Shown piece by piece: positions 39,101 to 52,481 of a stretch of 64,000 bases of DNA. Under the pieces are notes generated by a model. It was not told where the DNA came from. It made no database searches and saw only the letters and a list, made by a program, of their open reading frames with translations. The number at the start of each line of letters is the position of its first letter. Positions within the stretch are counted from its first letter, which is position 1. This stretch comes from Mizuhopecten yessoensis. Its lineage: Eukaryota. The position numbers were made by a program, and so were the translations under genes. Where the stretch lies: the NCBI RefSeq assembly GCF_002113885.1, contig NW_018407435.1, positions 1,382,958 to 1,446,957 on the forward strand, read 5' to 3'.

Positions 39101-42100
39101 GGGGTTACACGCACCACCCGAAAGGTTCCAACAGCAGTGTAGACCTATTAGGATTTCCGACGGCTTGGCTCCTTGTATCCCCGATGGGTCCTAGAAGGAC
39201 GAGACAGATGTATGCAGTGTAATATATTTATACATAGTTGGCATACCGTATCTATTACCAGCTTTTATAGGTGCACTCACCTGTGTATGTGTATGGTATG
39301 TTCCTCTTTCCTAAAGTGCCATGGATAAAGAAGCGACCCGCAGTTATTATCATCATTATGTGCAAAGCTGTACAGAACGGTATAATCATGTTTTGGTCGT
39401 TACAGGTGCACGGGAACAAATGAACAAGGTGACGTCATACATAGACGCGTCTGCTGTCTACGGTTCTTCTCGGGAGGAAGAGGCCTTCTTGAGAGCTTAT
39501 AATAGAGGTATCGTTTGCACGCCTAATCGTTCCCATCATGTAATGAAAACATTGCCAGACCCCTTTACGAGATTAAAAAGGCAAAACTTGTTTATGCATG
39601 TCAAACAAGGTATTAATGGTACCTTCTTTCGCTACATTTATATTTACATTTATTTGTTTGTTTATTGGAGGGGTTGTAAGGTCTTTCCTTTTGTTTACTG
39701 GAGGGTGTGTAAGGTCTTTCCTTTTGGTTATTTGAGGGGGTGTAAGGTCTTTCCTTTTGTTTGTTGGAGGTGGTGTAAGGTCTTTCCTTTTGTTTATTTG
39801 AGGGGTGTAAGGTCTTTCCTTTTGTTTATTGGAGGGGTGTAAGGTCTTTCCTTTTGTTTATTGGAGGGAGTGTAAGGTCTTTCCTTTTGTTTATTGGAGG
39901 GGTGTAAGGTCTTTCCTTTTGTTCATTTGAGGGGTGTAAGGTCTTTCCATTTTTTTATTGGAGGGAGTGTAAGGTCTTTTCTTTTGTTTATTGGAGGGGC
40001 GTAAGGTCTTTCCTTTTGTTTACTGGAGGGTGTGTAAGGTCTTTCCTTTTGGTTATTTGAGGGGCTGTAAGGTCTTTCCTTTTGGTTATTTGAGGGGGTG
40101 TAAGGTTTTTCCTTTTGTTTATTTGAGGGGGGTAAGGGCTTTCCTTTTGTTTATTGGAGGGGTTTAAGGTCTTTCCTTTTGTTTACTGGAGGGTGTGTAA
40201 GGTCTTTCCTTTTGGTTATTGGAGGGAGTGTAAGGTCTTTTCTTTTGTTTTTGGGAGGGGTGTAAGGTCTTTACTTTTGTTTATTGGAGGGGTGTAAGGT
40301 ATTTCCATTTGTTTATTGGAGGGAGTGTAAGGTCTTTCCTTTTGTTTTTGATGATTTCATTTCCCGTTCCTTGTATGTTGACGTTGTGGTCTGGATTTTG
40401 TTCTATTTTAATTGTTTTTCTGGTGTATCAACAAGGAATGTTAAAGGAGGGAGACAACCGACTGCTGCCACCTAGCGGCAGAGACAACTGTATACAGAGA
40501 ACCCCAGCTGACGTGTGTATGACTGCTGGTAACGTGTCGAATCATTAATTCTTAGTGTAAAAATGTCACTGATCAAATACAGCAATATTTATTTTTTCTA
40601 TTGATACAAATAATATTTTGTTATTCTTGTAAACACACGGGTAAACTTACTGACGAAACTTTTTTTGTAAGTATGATATTTAAACAATTACAACAACAGT
40701 ATAACATGTTAAATAGTAATGCAAGTCAATATAACATATTCTTTATGCGTCGTTCAGCAAAATGACATTTGTCCTCGTAAAAAGTGTATTGTTGCCATCG
40801 TTCCACGTTGAAATGTGCACAGTTGATAACCTACTATTATCCATTCAGAGAATATGTTTTGTTTTTTCTATTTTTCTCCAGGGGATGACCGCCCCAATGT
40901 CGTGCCTTCATTAGGATCAATACACACTTTGTTCATGAGAGAACACAACCGGATAGCCGCCATGCTCGGCGTTCTGAATCGGTTCTGGGACGACGAGCGG
41001 ATTTTTCAAGAAACTCGCCAAATAATGTCAGCCCTATTACAGCATATTACTTATTACGAGTATCTGCCGTTAATCCTCGGCAAACGGATTATGGAATACT
41101 ACAAGATTCTTCCCACAACTGAATACAAGGCAAACATATACAATACGTCGATCAATGCCGGAATAGCAAATGTCTTTGCTGTGGCAGCGTTTAGATTCGG
41201 TCATTCACAAATTCCTTCAATTCAAACGTTTTTGGGACCAAGAGAATCTTACCGGCATGACTTCCGGATCGAGACTACGTATCACAGACCCTTCTTCGCA
41301 CAATTCAAGAATGGACAAGGAACGGAAGACGTACTGAGGTGGCTCGTTAAAGACTCACAACCGGAAACAAACAGGTAAACTTTTTTTTTGACAAGAATAA
41401 CTCATTATTTGTAAGAGCATGAGTTCCTGCTCCATTCACAGTCTGGAGCGTGCAGATGCAGAGAAATCCCATTCGAGAATCGAATCAAGGGAGTTGCTGG
41501 AAATCTTTTTTCTAAAACCTCAACCACCTTTCATTACTATAGCACATGTGAACTCAAAGATACTGTTTCGTATCAATATCATTTGCTACACAAGGAATAC
41601 CGTCATAAAATGTTTTACATTTTTGAGAATTACTACGAGAAACGTGCAGATGACCCAATACCTGTTCTGCTGAGCATGTCCTTTAATTATGCAACATACC
41701 AGAGTAATGATCCATTTGTCTTTGTGCACTTAACAACATGTATACGTACTTCCATGCTACACATCGAACGAAGCCTTAGCTCTGTAATGTCAAAGCACGG
41801 ACTTAGATCTAATTCCGTGGTCAAAGTAATGTGTACTACTTGTTCCGTTAACAGGGTGTTTGTCCGGGGCGTACGGGATCAGTTATTCTTAAGGAACAAC
41901 GTCAGCCTTGATCTGGCGGCTATCAATATTCAGAGAGGGCGTGACCACGGCGTACCACCGTACAATGCTTGGCGGAAATGGTGTGGCCTAGCCCCGGCTA
42001 GGCACTTCGGGGTGGAACCCGACGGACTTATCCACCACACGATAGCCTCAGCCAGACTACTACAGCGGGCCTACCGGTACACGACTATTTTTGTATAATA

Positions 42101-43399
42101 ATTTTAAAAGCTTACAGATAATGATAATCCATCATCGCCTTGATGATAACCATATATCATTCTAGTAGAATGTTTTCTCGTTGTAATTTCGGATGCTTCT
42201 TGAATAGAAAAGTGATACTTGAGAAAGTAATCGCCGGAAACAGACTCCATGTTCATGTTCGTAAAGCAAGATTACAAGTATTTGGGAACGGCGAAATGTG
42301 TTATCATAAAACAAACTTGAAGGGCGATCAATATTCTAGAATATTTTTGTCTAATGTTTATTCGGTATTACATTGAGATATTTACGAATTCATTGAACGA
42401 CGAATCGTCAAGCATCGTTGGTTAAATCTCCTCGACTCCGTCCGCTGTACCAGTTTCTATACTTTGACAGTGATCCGGACGACATCGACGTCTTTCCCGG
42501 GGCTATATCAGAACGCCATTTGAAAGGGGCCAGTGTCGGACCAACATTCGCCTGTATCCTAGGTTACCAGTTTCAGGAGCTCAAGCAGGGAGACCGGTTC
42601 TGGTACGAGCGAGCACATCCCATCACAGGTTTCACAGAGAGTAAGTCAAGTCGAGCCTCGTACAAGGATTTAGAAATGTTTGTTGTCATGGAATCTGACC
42701 TATATCTCAATGTGGTTTGGTTGAGGTTTGCTAGATCTTGTCTAGTGCCGTCATTTTATCCTTAATATACTATTAAAATAGTGTTCTGCCGCAATGCATT
42801 GAATCTTATATGTGATCGGTTGAAACACTATTGTAGTGTTTGTAATTGAGAAAGACTTATTTGCGTATTTGTTCTGTAAGTGCTCTCTGAGGGTGTTCCC
42901 TATAATCATAAATGACGACAAATAAAACATCAAAAACTAAAGGTGTGAGCTCATGAGACCAACTCCACCTACAAATGATGCTCAAATCTGGTTTCCTTCT
43001 ATTCACAGGACAGCTGCGGTCGATACGAAGAATGAGGCTATCGAAAATTCTTTGTGAGAATTTCAATATTACACCGTTACAGAAAAATGTGTTCCTACTT
43101 CCAAATAGCAAGTAAGTTGATTAATGTCATTCATTAAGTTTTGTTCGAATTGATGTTACAGGTACCAGATTTGGTACCGCCATACACTTGCAAATGCAAC
43201 GTTTCAAATTGTTGTGATGTAAAAGGTGCAACAGATACGATAAAATATATGTTCGAACTGATAATATCATATCATAACATTATGCAATACTTTCAGGGTT
43301 AAGTCATCACACCTGGTGCCATGTCACTCTCTTCCGGACCTTGACATCCGCGCCTGGCAGGACTACAGATACGGGGATTCACCATCCGACGGGAAGTAG
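36108..43399 (+). CDS. Secreted animal heme peroxidase (peroxinectin/chorion-peroxidase-like), 13 coding exons, about 711 aa
   Basis: Exons 36108-36273, 36763-36892, 37283-37503, 37814-37993, 38446-38491, 38662-38768, 39406-39507, 40436-40528, 40882-41374, 41855-42076, 42471-42640, 43009-43111 and 43297-43399 are all GT-AG with compatible phases. Motifs: signal peptide [37 protein letters not shown] (distal His), [26 protein letters not shown] (proximal His), [16 protein letters not shown]. The first two exons are less certain than the rest. Confidence 0.93.
39655..40345. repeat. 31-32 bp minisatellite (GGAGGGGTGTAAGGTCTTTCCTTTTGTTTATT) in a peroxidase intron
   Basis: About 21 head-to-tail units with no unique spacers. 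Confidence 0.93.
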
Positions 43400-46300
43400 A
43401 CGACTATTTGCTAAAGACATAATTCTGTTAATGTTTGGCATCTGTCGAAATTCTAATCTATGTGGGATGTTTAAGAATGCATAGTATATCAACAAATGTT
43501 TAACTTTTGAGAGGAGAAGTTTTGTACAACCGGATTGACGTACAGAGGGCTGATAGGAAGCACTCCTGACTGTGTCGGTACTACTGTGATTCGTGTAGAA
43601 GCCGAATCTATGCTAGAGGACGCTTACTGCTTCTTGTTGACATATCGACATAAATCCATAACGATCGAATGAAATGCCAAGGGTTGGTTTCATCGTGAAC
43701 TGTGTAAATTGGTGATGTGCAAAAAAAGATGAATTTGAAATGCAAAACTAAGTGGAATTCTTGTTATGGAATCTGACCTTCTACTTCCTAATACAAATTC
43801 AAAGAATGTTGTTTGGATGATATTTGCTGGATCCTGTCAAGTGCAGTTATTTCAATCTGCATTGACTATTGAAAAAATGTTCTACCACAAAACACATCAT
43901 GTTTATGTGGTCTTTCTATAATATGGAATCGCTCACTAAGAGGACGAGGTACATTTGTATACATGAGGATTGCTTGCTGGAAACCCTCTGAGTAAAGGTT
44001 GAGAATCGATTACTGGTTAAAGTGATTGTGGTATGGAATTACAAAGGCTCAATTCAAATGTCATTCACTCCCCGTTTATAATTGCTAAATGACATGCAAG
44101 ATGTTAACAGGGTGGAAAGCCCTCGGCTGCTAACGTGACGCTCCTTCTCATGGACTTATAATCAACATACGTCTTTACATTGCAGCTTGGTCAGCGGTTA
44201 TCAACACAACAATGACAAGCCTTTGACCTTGCTTTTCCGCTCTGCAAGTAGTGCAGGATGTATGACGCATCGCATTTGTCAAGATCTGACACATACAGCA
44301 AGAATACCCCGCTCCGTCTGGTCAAGGTGTGACTGCAATATATACATTTAGATAATTTACCACATATTGACGGACAGTGTGATGGGAAGATTGAGCGGAA
44401 GTTGTGTCGTGTTTCTTGATGCATTATTTACCCCTATAGGTTGACACTTTTGACCACTTTAAAACTACATGTATATGTTAAAGGGCACTTATCTTATTGG
44501 ATCGCATTCAGTAATTGGATACCTGGAATACCTCGATGCATTTTGTGTTTAAATGTTTCCCTTAGAGAGCAGTAACATGACGTTATGTATAATATTGACT
44601 AATCAGAAGTTTCTCTTTAAATAGTGTTCGTCCAGAGAATCTTTACATTTATATGAACATTTAAAAAAAATATTCTTACAGAAGTATCAAAATTAAATTT
44701 TATCAAGATACCTTAAAGGAATATCTTATATATTTTGTACATGGTGTAAATAGTATGGGCGAGTGTTTCCTGTACTGACGTCCGCTTCTAGCGGTCGCTC
44801 TCACCTGAGTTTTTTTTTTATTGGAAGTAACGACAAAGTGAATGATCGACCCAAAGCGCCTGACACTTTGACCCCGTCCTGGCCTTATCTGTCTGGTATA
44901 GCGATCAATATCAATGTCGGAAGTTATAAAACTTACCTGATAGGGTTATTATATCATATTTTTACAATGTATTATGTGACAGATGAGATCGACAACAGAT
45001 TTAATCACGTGAATGCATTTTTTTTTTTTTTGCATTACCACTCTGTCATCACCGACAAAACTTTCCAATAATAATACGAAGAAATAAAAGACACAGTAAT
45101 TTCCTATTTTTAATTGATACTGCTCAATAAATAATATTGGTATCTACTGTTGCACAGACATGTCAGCCTAAAGCTAATATATGAAACATAACTTTATCTT
45201 ACGCAAATTAAATCTTTGCACAGACAATATGCTTATTGTAAGATTACTCATTTACAAACTATTACGTATTACTACTACCCCAAACACCAATTCACACATT
45301 TCTAAATGAACTTTTTAAATCGTCTTCTATTACAGAATGCATAAGAAAATATATAATATTAGATTCCGAATTTGTTGTTGGCTTGTGTGATCATAGCTGA
45401 AGTTAAATATACATGTTTCTCATTGTATATGAAATTGCGTGTCGTTGCTCATTTGCTGACACTGCAGTTGTATTGTCCACACCGAGCATCACGCTCCAAA
45501 TCAACACAAACAATCACTGCATTATTTCTCTCAATGTCAAACCAAAAGTTCACAAATCAAAGTCGACGAATTACTAGGGTGAAAAATATATCACTTAAAA
45601 ATGTTTGCTATGACAATGGTTTGTATTTCGTGCTTCAAGTCAAAATCCACTGCGAGGGTCGCAAACATTGTAATAACTGTCTGGACCACACTATTTTTTC
45701 TTTACACTCTACAAACATATCATTTATATATCTCTTGCCACTCCAACATCAGAAACCCTAATGTCAGTCATGACAATGGGTCAAAAGCCACAATAAGTAC
45801 GTAAGGATCGACATAGATTCACTTAACTTGTGTCTCCTCGCGGTATTCTCGTTTCCCCCACTTTTTAAGAGTTAAGAAAATTGTGAATATAAGCGGAAAG
45901 GGGCAAACCAATTATAGTCACTTTCACCCGACAGGTCACACAGGTAAGGGTTAGGGTTAGAGTTATGAATGTGATATATAAAAACTGTAACTTTTGGATA
46001 ATGAAATTAGTTAAAGAACATTTTCAATAGATAATCAACATTAACCAATAGCACCACTTGAAATTCGGAATTCATCAATGCAGTTGTACGCGATACAATA
46101 ATTACTAAATCAATTTTTACATATGGTCTGTCATAAACATTACATTTAATAACAACTCGATCACCTTTCATTCCCAGATGATTGTCTTCAATGCCAAGGT
46201 CATAACAAGGGGGTCCAATACCGAATAATTGTAATGCCCCAGTCTCAGAACTAATGATTGCTAAAGTCGAAACAATGTAATACAATGTAATAAATACCCT

Positions 46301-47184
46301 GATAGTTCGATGGTTGCTAATTATGTCTAAACATTTTCTTTATGTCGGTAAATAGTTTATACATCTTTGTATAGCACACCCAATGGAATGTTTACGTGTG
46401 AGAACAAAACTCATTCTGACACCTTCGTCACTTAAAAATGAAAAGAAATATAAATAAAATTAAAAAAAAGCATTAGAAACAAAATGCACAGAATAGTTTT
46501 AAAAATCAGTTCGATTTCATAAATTAAACATGTATTGAGTAAGGGACTGAGTGTTTGATAACCCTCGTATCTTGATGCCCTCAGAATTAAAAACTAAAAA
46601 CATTCTTACGCTACATAATATAATCATTTAAGTATGATGATTGTAAATCTAAAAAGAAAAATATATGGAAATAAGGATTTGTTGATCAAGCATGATTCAA
46701 ATACTACAATAATGTTTTATGAGGCTATTGGAAATAAAATACAAGAAAATATCTTAATAGCAATGTTAAACAGGTATTCAATAACATCAAGAAACGAAAC
46801 GGAAGACAGCCTCTAATCATAGTTTTATAAGTTTTTCACAAACTTTCTTCTGTCTCTGACGTTTTTTAGACAATGTAAACAATGTCTATTTAATAATTAT
46901 CGTAATACACTTCTTGAAAACCTTTTCAAGGGTCTCCATATATATCTATCCTTTGTTCAGAGTTTTATCGATATTGCGTTTGAATTATGTATTTTTTACG
47001 CTTCGGTATTCTATTGCTGTTTTTCTTAAACAATATCTGGTTTTGTCCATATGATAACAATATAAAAGTTTTCCGTCATTGTCTTAAGATTTCCAGTGAC
47101 ACAGCATTCATCGCACTTTGCAGTACTAATACAGTGACGAAAAAGATCCACCTGATAAGTACTAGGAGAGAAAATCAATTTACA

Positions 47185-48744
47185 TCACGCACTGTAATAC
47201 TGTAGACGTTTGACTTCGTCACCATTCACCGCCCAGAGGACATGGTTCTTGTCCAGGCCAATTGCCTGTGCACTTAGCTCGTCAGTGAACACCGTCCTGA
47301 TGAACTCCCCACCAGAACTGACGAGAAGGACGCTGTGATTGTTACAGTCGGCAATGAGAAGATTACCAGCAATGTCAAAGGTCACATCCCAGGGGTCAAA
47401 TACAGCTCCTGCTGCTGGTTGGCCATCTCCTTTGTATCGGAACAACTCTCCAAACTCTTTGTCCATGACAAGAACTTGCAATTTACTATTATCGTCATAG
47501 CTCTGCCTTTCTACCACAGCCACGTTCTGTGTCAGCCGACATTCTGCTATTTTCTGTGGCAAACGAACCATGGATTGTCCAGGTGTCTGCGTTTTCGTAC
47601 TAAGGAGATTTTTTCCTTGCTGGGAGAATTTGGTCACCCTTTGCGACATTCCTACCAGGATTTGATTCCCTATGGTAACACACAGGCATATGGGCTTGTT
47701 CTTGCAGTGGAATCGCAGATTGGGCGTCCCCTGTGTATACTCCATGATGCTTGAATCGGCGTCAGAGCACACCCAAATGTTCCTTGTTCTGGGTGATATG
47801 CTGATATCTGTGATTCTCACGGTGAACTTGAACTGCCTCCGTACAATACCTTTCTTGTTGAGCAGTTCCAGAATGTCCGCATATGAAATCCAAATTTCGT
47901 CGCTACCGTTGGGACATATCTTATTGCCTATTCGTTTTGTGTGAAATTTGCCCATGATATTGGTTTGGGATAGGAGCGTGTACTTCGAGGCAGGTCGCTT
48001 TATAGCTGACGCCCCTGACTTTGGTCGTGCAGACGTTGGCTCCTGCACTGGTGGTGGTAGCTGCGCTTTAGACTCTGCTTCATCGGTAGACGACGGGTCG
48101 TTGGGGACAAGAGTCCCTAACGCTTGTTCTAGATAACAGCGGTAGTTTGTCGGTGCTTCAAAGACTGCAGTATTCAAACTAGGGCTTTCAGGTAGGTTCA
48201 AAGCGAGGCTTCGGAATGTCTGTCCAGTGTCATATAATGCAAGTACAGATGTGTCTTGAAGCTGTGTTTTGCAGTCGTGAAGTTGTTTAATGAGTCCCTC
48301 GTGACTGTCTTCTAGACGTTTCTTGTAGTCTGTCATTAGGCGGATGTTGTCTTCCTTTATATTTCGATACTGCGACAAAGATTCAGCGATCAAAACGTCA
48401 ACTTCCTGCTTCAGCTTGATCCCTTGTTCTTGAACCTTTGTCTTGAGCGTGTCAAAGTACGTCGAAGTTTCCGCCATTTGTTTTTCTATTGAGCAAATTT
48501 CTTCTTTGATATTGGGCAGTTTGGTATTTTCAACTTCATCGATAAATTCGATCATTTCTAATTTCTGCTTTTCGGCTATATCATTTACCTCAGTCAACTC
48601 GTGTCCCTTGTGACGAGTAGCAACACATTTCATACACGCAAGTTCACTGCAATTATCACACAAGAACTCTACGATTTTCCCTTTATGATGAATGCACGTG
48701 CTCTGTCCTTTCTTGCGAACAGGTACTTGAACTGAAGCGGCCAT
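47185..48744 (-). CDS. RING-less TRIM-like protein (B-box2, coiled coil, NHL-type beta-propeller), copy 1, 519 aa
   Basis: CIHH...FLCDNCSELACMKCVATRHKGH B-box, a heptad-rich helical region, and FDPWDVTFDIAGNLLIADCNNHSVLLV NHL repeat. Intronless CDS. Confidence 0.92.
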   Translation of the reverse strand: MAASVQVPVRKKGQSTCIHHKGKIVEFLCDNCSELACMKCVATRHKGHELTEVNDIAEKQKLEMIEFIDEVENTKLPNIKEEICSIEKQMAETSTYFDTLKTKVQEQGIKLKQEVDVLIAESLSQYRNIKEDNIRLMTDYKKRLEDSHEGLIKQLHDCKTQLQDTSVLALYDTGQTFRSLALNLPESPSLNTAVFEAPTNYRCYLEQALGTLVPNDPSSTDEAESKAQLPPPVQEPTSARPKSGASAIKRPASKYTLLSQTNIMGKFHTKRIGNKICPNGSDEIWISYADILELLNKKGIVRRQFKFTVRITDISISPRTRNIWVCSDADSSIMEYTQGTPNLRFHCKNKPICLCVTIGNQILVGMSQRVTKFSQQGKNLLSTKTQTPGQSMVRLPQKIAECRLTQNVAVVERQSYDDNSKLQVLVMDKEFGELFRYKGDGQPAAGAVFDPWDVTFDIAGNLLIADCNNHSVLLVSSGGEFIRTVFTDELSAQAIGLDKNHVLWAVNGDEVKRLQYYSA

Positions 48745-49231
48745 AATGGTTTTGTAAATGTTCTTTCGTTTTGGACAATTGTAGAAAGTTAATTTGTTTA
48801 GCTCCTGTTTGCGTTCATTGTCATTCGGTTTGTTCCTGAATGTTCAACTGTTGTTCATGGCAAACTTCTGAAAATAAAGGAAAAGAAAACCATGCCAAAA
48901 TCAAATCTGAAAGATGAACGTATACACACATATGTGATTGAGCATTTAAAATTTGGTAATAGTTACTGTAAGCCAAAAATGAATGACACTGCATCATACA
49001 GCTGTTTCGTCCTTTTAGACTCATCGGTGATGCTAAAGACCAAAACATTGGAAATCACCCTCTCCCAATTTTACATCTAGATGGGCTCCGTACCACGGCC
49101 AAAAAATGTAATTTAACATTGAAAAGTGAGGGGTTTTTCGGCATGACTAATAGTATAGTTTTGAAAAAACATTTCGAAAAAAAAACGTACCTCGGGGGAC
49201 TTTTATGAAAAGTAATAAAGACGAAATGACA

Positions 49232-49350
49232 AAATATTCAGCGGGGCTAGGCGGGACTCGAACCCCGGCCTTATTATGCTATCGCTCTAACCGACTGTGC
49301 TACCTGATCAAGGGAACGGTCCTGGCCAAACTGCGCTTCAGTTATACCCA
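49232..49350 (-). mobile_element. tRNA-derived repeat (SINE head or tRNA-like LTR)
   Basis: Minus strand GGTAGCACAGTCGGTTAGAGCG (A-box) and GGGGTTCGAGTCCC (B-box), with no complete cloverleaf. Confidence 0.55.
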
Positions 49351-50619
49351 TAGCTATATCAAGGGGGGTGGGGGGTACTCAAAATACGAAAAGACTCACT
49401 CAGTTGAAATGGTTATGTATTTTATCACACCGCCATTTTTAGCCCATTTTCATAAATATTAAGCCGTCAGAATGAATATTTTGCGATTTCCCTTCAATTA
49501 AATGTATTGGCGATGTTTAAATGTTACGTCATAGTTAAAAGCATATTTCATTTTTTCCTTCATTCTGCATATGTTTTGGAACACTTTAGACATTGTTGTT
49601 TTTTATTTTCATTTTTTAACCTTAATTTTAAGTACCATTGAAAAGTCCGATATTGACAAAATTGCCAAATGATGCAAACAACGTTTTCAAAAAAGGTGCC
49701 TCTTTTCCCGTATTTCTAGTGTCCATATATGCAACAAGTTGGGCTGATTCAGTTGATGGTAGCCACGTAGCTGAAACCTATTCTAGCACTCATTTCATAA
49801 AATACTAGTTAATCTATATATTATCTTTATGTTTGTAAAGGTATAAAGGATGTCATAGGAACGTTGCGCGTTGCACTGTATCCTACAGATGTTTGGGAAC
49901 ACGTTAAACATTAATTTTCATTATTTTGATCGTTATTACTGGTGATTGGTTTCTATTGGACAAAATGTCTCTTTGGCGCATTAAATGTTTGGTTTGTTCG
50001 GCTTTCTGATTGGTCCAATAGCTGCTTCCTACTTTGTATTTCTCAGAGACGTTATGACGTCAAAAGTTGGATGAACTGCTGGTGAATTTCTTAACGTGTA
50101 TTTCTTTTCAAGAACAGATCTATCCTTGATATCTTGTTCGTGAATACTTGAATTCATGATAATGAAACCTTTTTATACATCACTGCTTTTTGGTTAAGAT
50201 ACTGATAAGATCTTATTTGACCTACGTGACTTATTTTAAGCAGTATTTAATGAGAAATAAGCCGCTGTACAAATACAAGTGAAAAATAACGAGCTTCGAG
50301 GTTATGTTGACTTATTGTAAATATGTAAGATAGTTAATATAGAAGTCCAAGGATATTTAACATGGAAAAACATATATATATTTAAAAAAAACTGACTTCA
50401 TTATTTCTAAATCCTTTTCGCGAGATTTTATGTTGTGTTTATAATTTTTTATTATATAATATAAGGCTTCTGCAGTGCAATAAAGGGGTGCAATAAAATT
50501 GATATTGAACGTGTGCAATAAAGATGCAAATGAGCGCGCGACACCTCGGGAACTAGGTCGTATTCCTACGCACTACTACTACTACTACTACTACTACTAT
50601 AGTATAGGCTTACTACAAC

Positions 50620-52119
50620 ATGGCTGACGTAAACATTGGGGATTCTGTTCGAATTGGCGGCAAAGGTAGGGGCACAGTACAAGAACTTGTTCCAATGGGA
50701 TTTGCAACAGTTTTAATCGAGGGAAGTGATATTGAGATTGACTTGCCAGGTGATCGGTTAGAGCCAATACCCCAGACTATGACTCAGTCGTCCTCGCTAC
50801 CACAAAAGCAGACGACACCCAACCAAACTCAAAGGTTTGTTCCGGTCCAACAAACGGAAATTGGGTCATTCATTGAACAACAATCAAATAAGAACACTCT
50901 ACTGAAAACGTGGAATGACATGAAAGTATTGAAAGCCTTTTTCGAAACTCCAGAAATCAACGAATCCCGAAGTATTCAAAACATACCCCCTCCCGAATTA
51001 TCTCCGTTGCTTTCCCAATTTTTCATGAGTGTCCGAAAAGTGGACGGTTCTGAATATGAACCAAACAGTCTCAGATCTATGATGTCAAGCTTTGATCGCC
51101 AGCTACGCCGATTTAATTATGGTCATGCTATTATTACTAGTCCCCTGTTTGCCCAGGTTAGAGAAGTGTTGAAAAGTAAACAAAAACAGTTAAAACGCGA
51201 TGGAAAAGGTAACCTTGACAACCGTAGTGATGCTATCAGCGACGAGGAGATCGACGTTTTGTGGAGAAAAGGTCAATTTGGAACTCAAAACCCTGACGCT
51301 ATTTTACAGACACTTTGGTTTTTCAATACAGTACATTTTGGTTTACGGGGATCAGCGGAGCATCGCGATATGTGCTGGGGGGACGTTACACTACAAAACC
51401 ACACTGACGGACATGAATATCTAGAGTTTACGGAAAGACAAACAAAAACCAGGACAGGGGAGAACACCCGTGATGTACGCAAAGTAAAACCAAAATTGTG
51501 GGCAAACACTGAAAATCCCGAAAGGTGTCCTGTTCATGTTTACAAATGCTATGCAGATATGAGACCTACGACTTACTGTAAAGGATCAGATCCATTTTAT
51601 ATAGCTACTACAACAAAAAGCTCACCTGGAAGTCATGAGACTTGGTTCAAGCGCCAACCCGTTGGTATCAACAAGCTAAAATCCATGATGCAACGTGCCA
51701 TAAAGGGAGCAGGAATCCAAACTGACAAACACTTGTCAAATCACAGTGCGAGGAAATATCTTGTCCAGAAATTGAACGATAATAACATCCCCGCTAACCA
51801 TATAATGCAAATTTCTGGTCACCGAAACATTTCTTCTATTAATAATTATTCACACATCAACACGAATCAACACAAAGAAATCTCCAAAATACTGCACGGA
51901 AATCCAACAGCACCTGAGACCGGATGCAACACAACATCACTGACACAACAATCAATGGCGTGTAACCAGTCAACTTCCTCTGTTGTCAGGGTCCAGGGCG
52001 GTTTCCAAAGTATCTTTTCAGGTGCTGTCACAGGAGGAAACATACAAGTTCATGTTTACCAAGGACCTCCTCTGAAAAAACGCGCCCGTGTTATAGAAAG
52101 TGACAGTGATTCTCAGTAG
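50620..52119 (+). CDS. Tyrosine recombinase with a DUF3504 (ZMYM/KIAA1958/QRICH1-like) domain, Crypton transposase, 499 aa
   Basis: VRKVDGSEYEPNSL is a DUF3504-type motif. The catalytic set is intact: HFGLR (R), TKTR (K), NHSAR (HxxR), SGHR (H), NNYS (Y). C-terminal NLS PPLKKRAR. Intronless. Confidence 0.92.
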   Translation: MADVNIGDSVRIGGKGRGTVQELVPMGFATVLIEGSDIEIDLPGDRLEPIPQTMTQSSSLPQKQTTPNQTQRFVPVQQTEIGSFIEQQSNKNTLLKTWNDMKVLKAFFETPEINESRSIQNIPPPELSPLLSQFFMSVRKVDGSEYEPNSLRSMMSSFDRQLRRFNYGHAIITSPLFAQVREVLKSKQKQLKRDGKGNLDNRSDAISDEEIDVLWRKGQFGTQNPDAILQTLWFFNTVHFGLRGSAEHRDMCWGDVTLQNHTDGHEYLEFTERQTKTRTGENTRDVRKVKPKLWANTENPERCPVHVYKCYADMRPTTYCKGSDPFYIATTTKSSPGSHETWFKRQPVGINKLKSMMQRAIKGAGIQTDKHLSNHSARKYLVQKLNDNNIPANHIMQISGHRNISSINNYSHINTNQHKEISKILHGNPTAPETGCNTTSLTQQSMACNQSTSSVVRVQGGFQSIFSGAVTGGNIQVHVYQGPPLKKRARVIESDSDSQ

Positions 52120-52481
52120 GCCTAATATCCAACACATGTGTTTTCGGTTTCCGACGACCTTCACAGTGCGCGCGCTCTTACACTGTTCATGACGTCACCG
52201 ATGAAAAAAAACAGTTTTTTTCCGAAGCGAAAAAAAAGAAGTCATATTTTGTAAACTTTTATTATTTCAATTGTTATCACAATTAAAATGATCGTTAAAA
52301 GTAAAACTGTTGGCCATTTATTATTCTGATAAAATTCTGCGGACTACTTTTGTTAGCGGAACATGCTCTCAAATTAGTATATGTGATGCGTCCTTTCTCG
52401 TCGTCATTGCATATAGAGACGTTAGTATTGAAACCACTTATGTAGGTAGGTTTCTCGAATTATATAATAAATAGAATCTAA

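Noticed and set aside
39655-40345. CRISPR-like array of 31-32 bp repeats
   Set aside because: The units are head-to-tail with no unique spacers, there are no cas genes, and it lies in a eukaryotic intron. It is a minisatellite.
45943-45965. Interstitial telomere repeat (TTAGGG)
   Set aside because: Only two to three imperfect units, which is too short to support.
47335-48136. Antisense ORFs conserved across the TRIM-like copies (e.g. MMLESASEHTQMF...)
   Set aside because: Their conservation is fully explained by the gene-conversion tracts on the coding strand.
50620-52119. Domesticated host gene (ZMYM/KIAA1958/QRICH1) or a phage integrase contaminant
   Set aside because: It lacks MYM zinc fingers and introns, keeps all catalytic residues, has an NLS and transposon-like ends, and is flanked by host-type DNA. 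A Crypton fits better.
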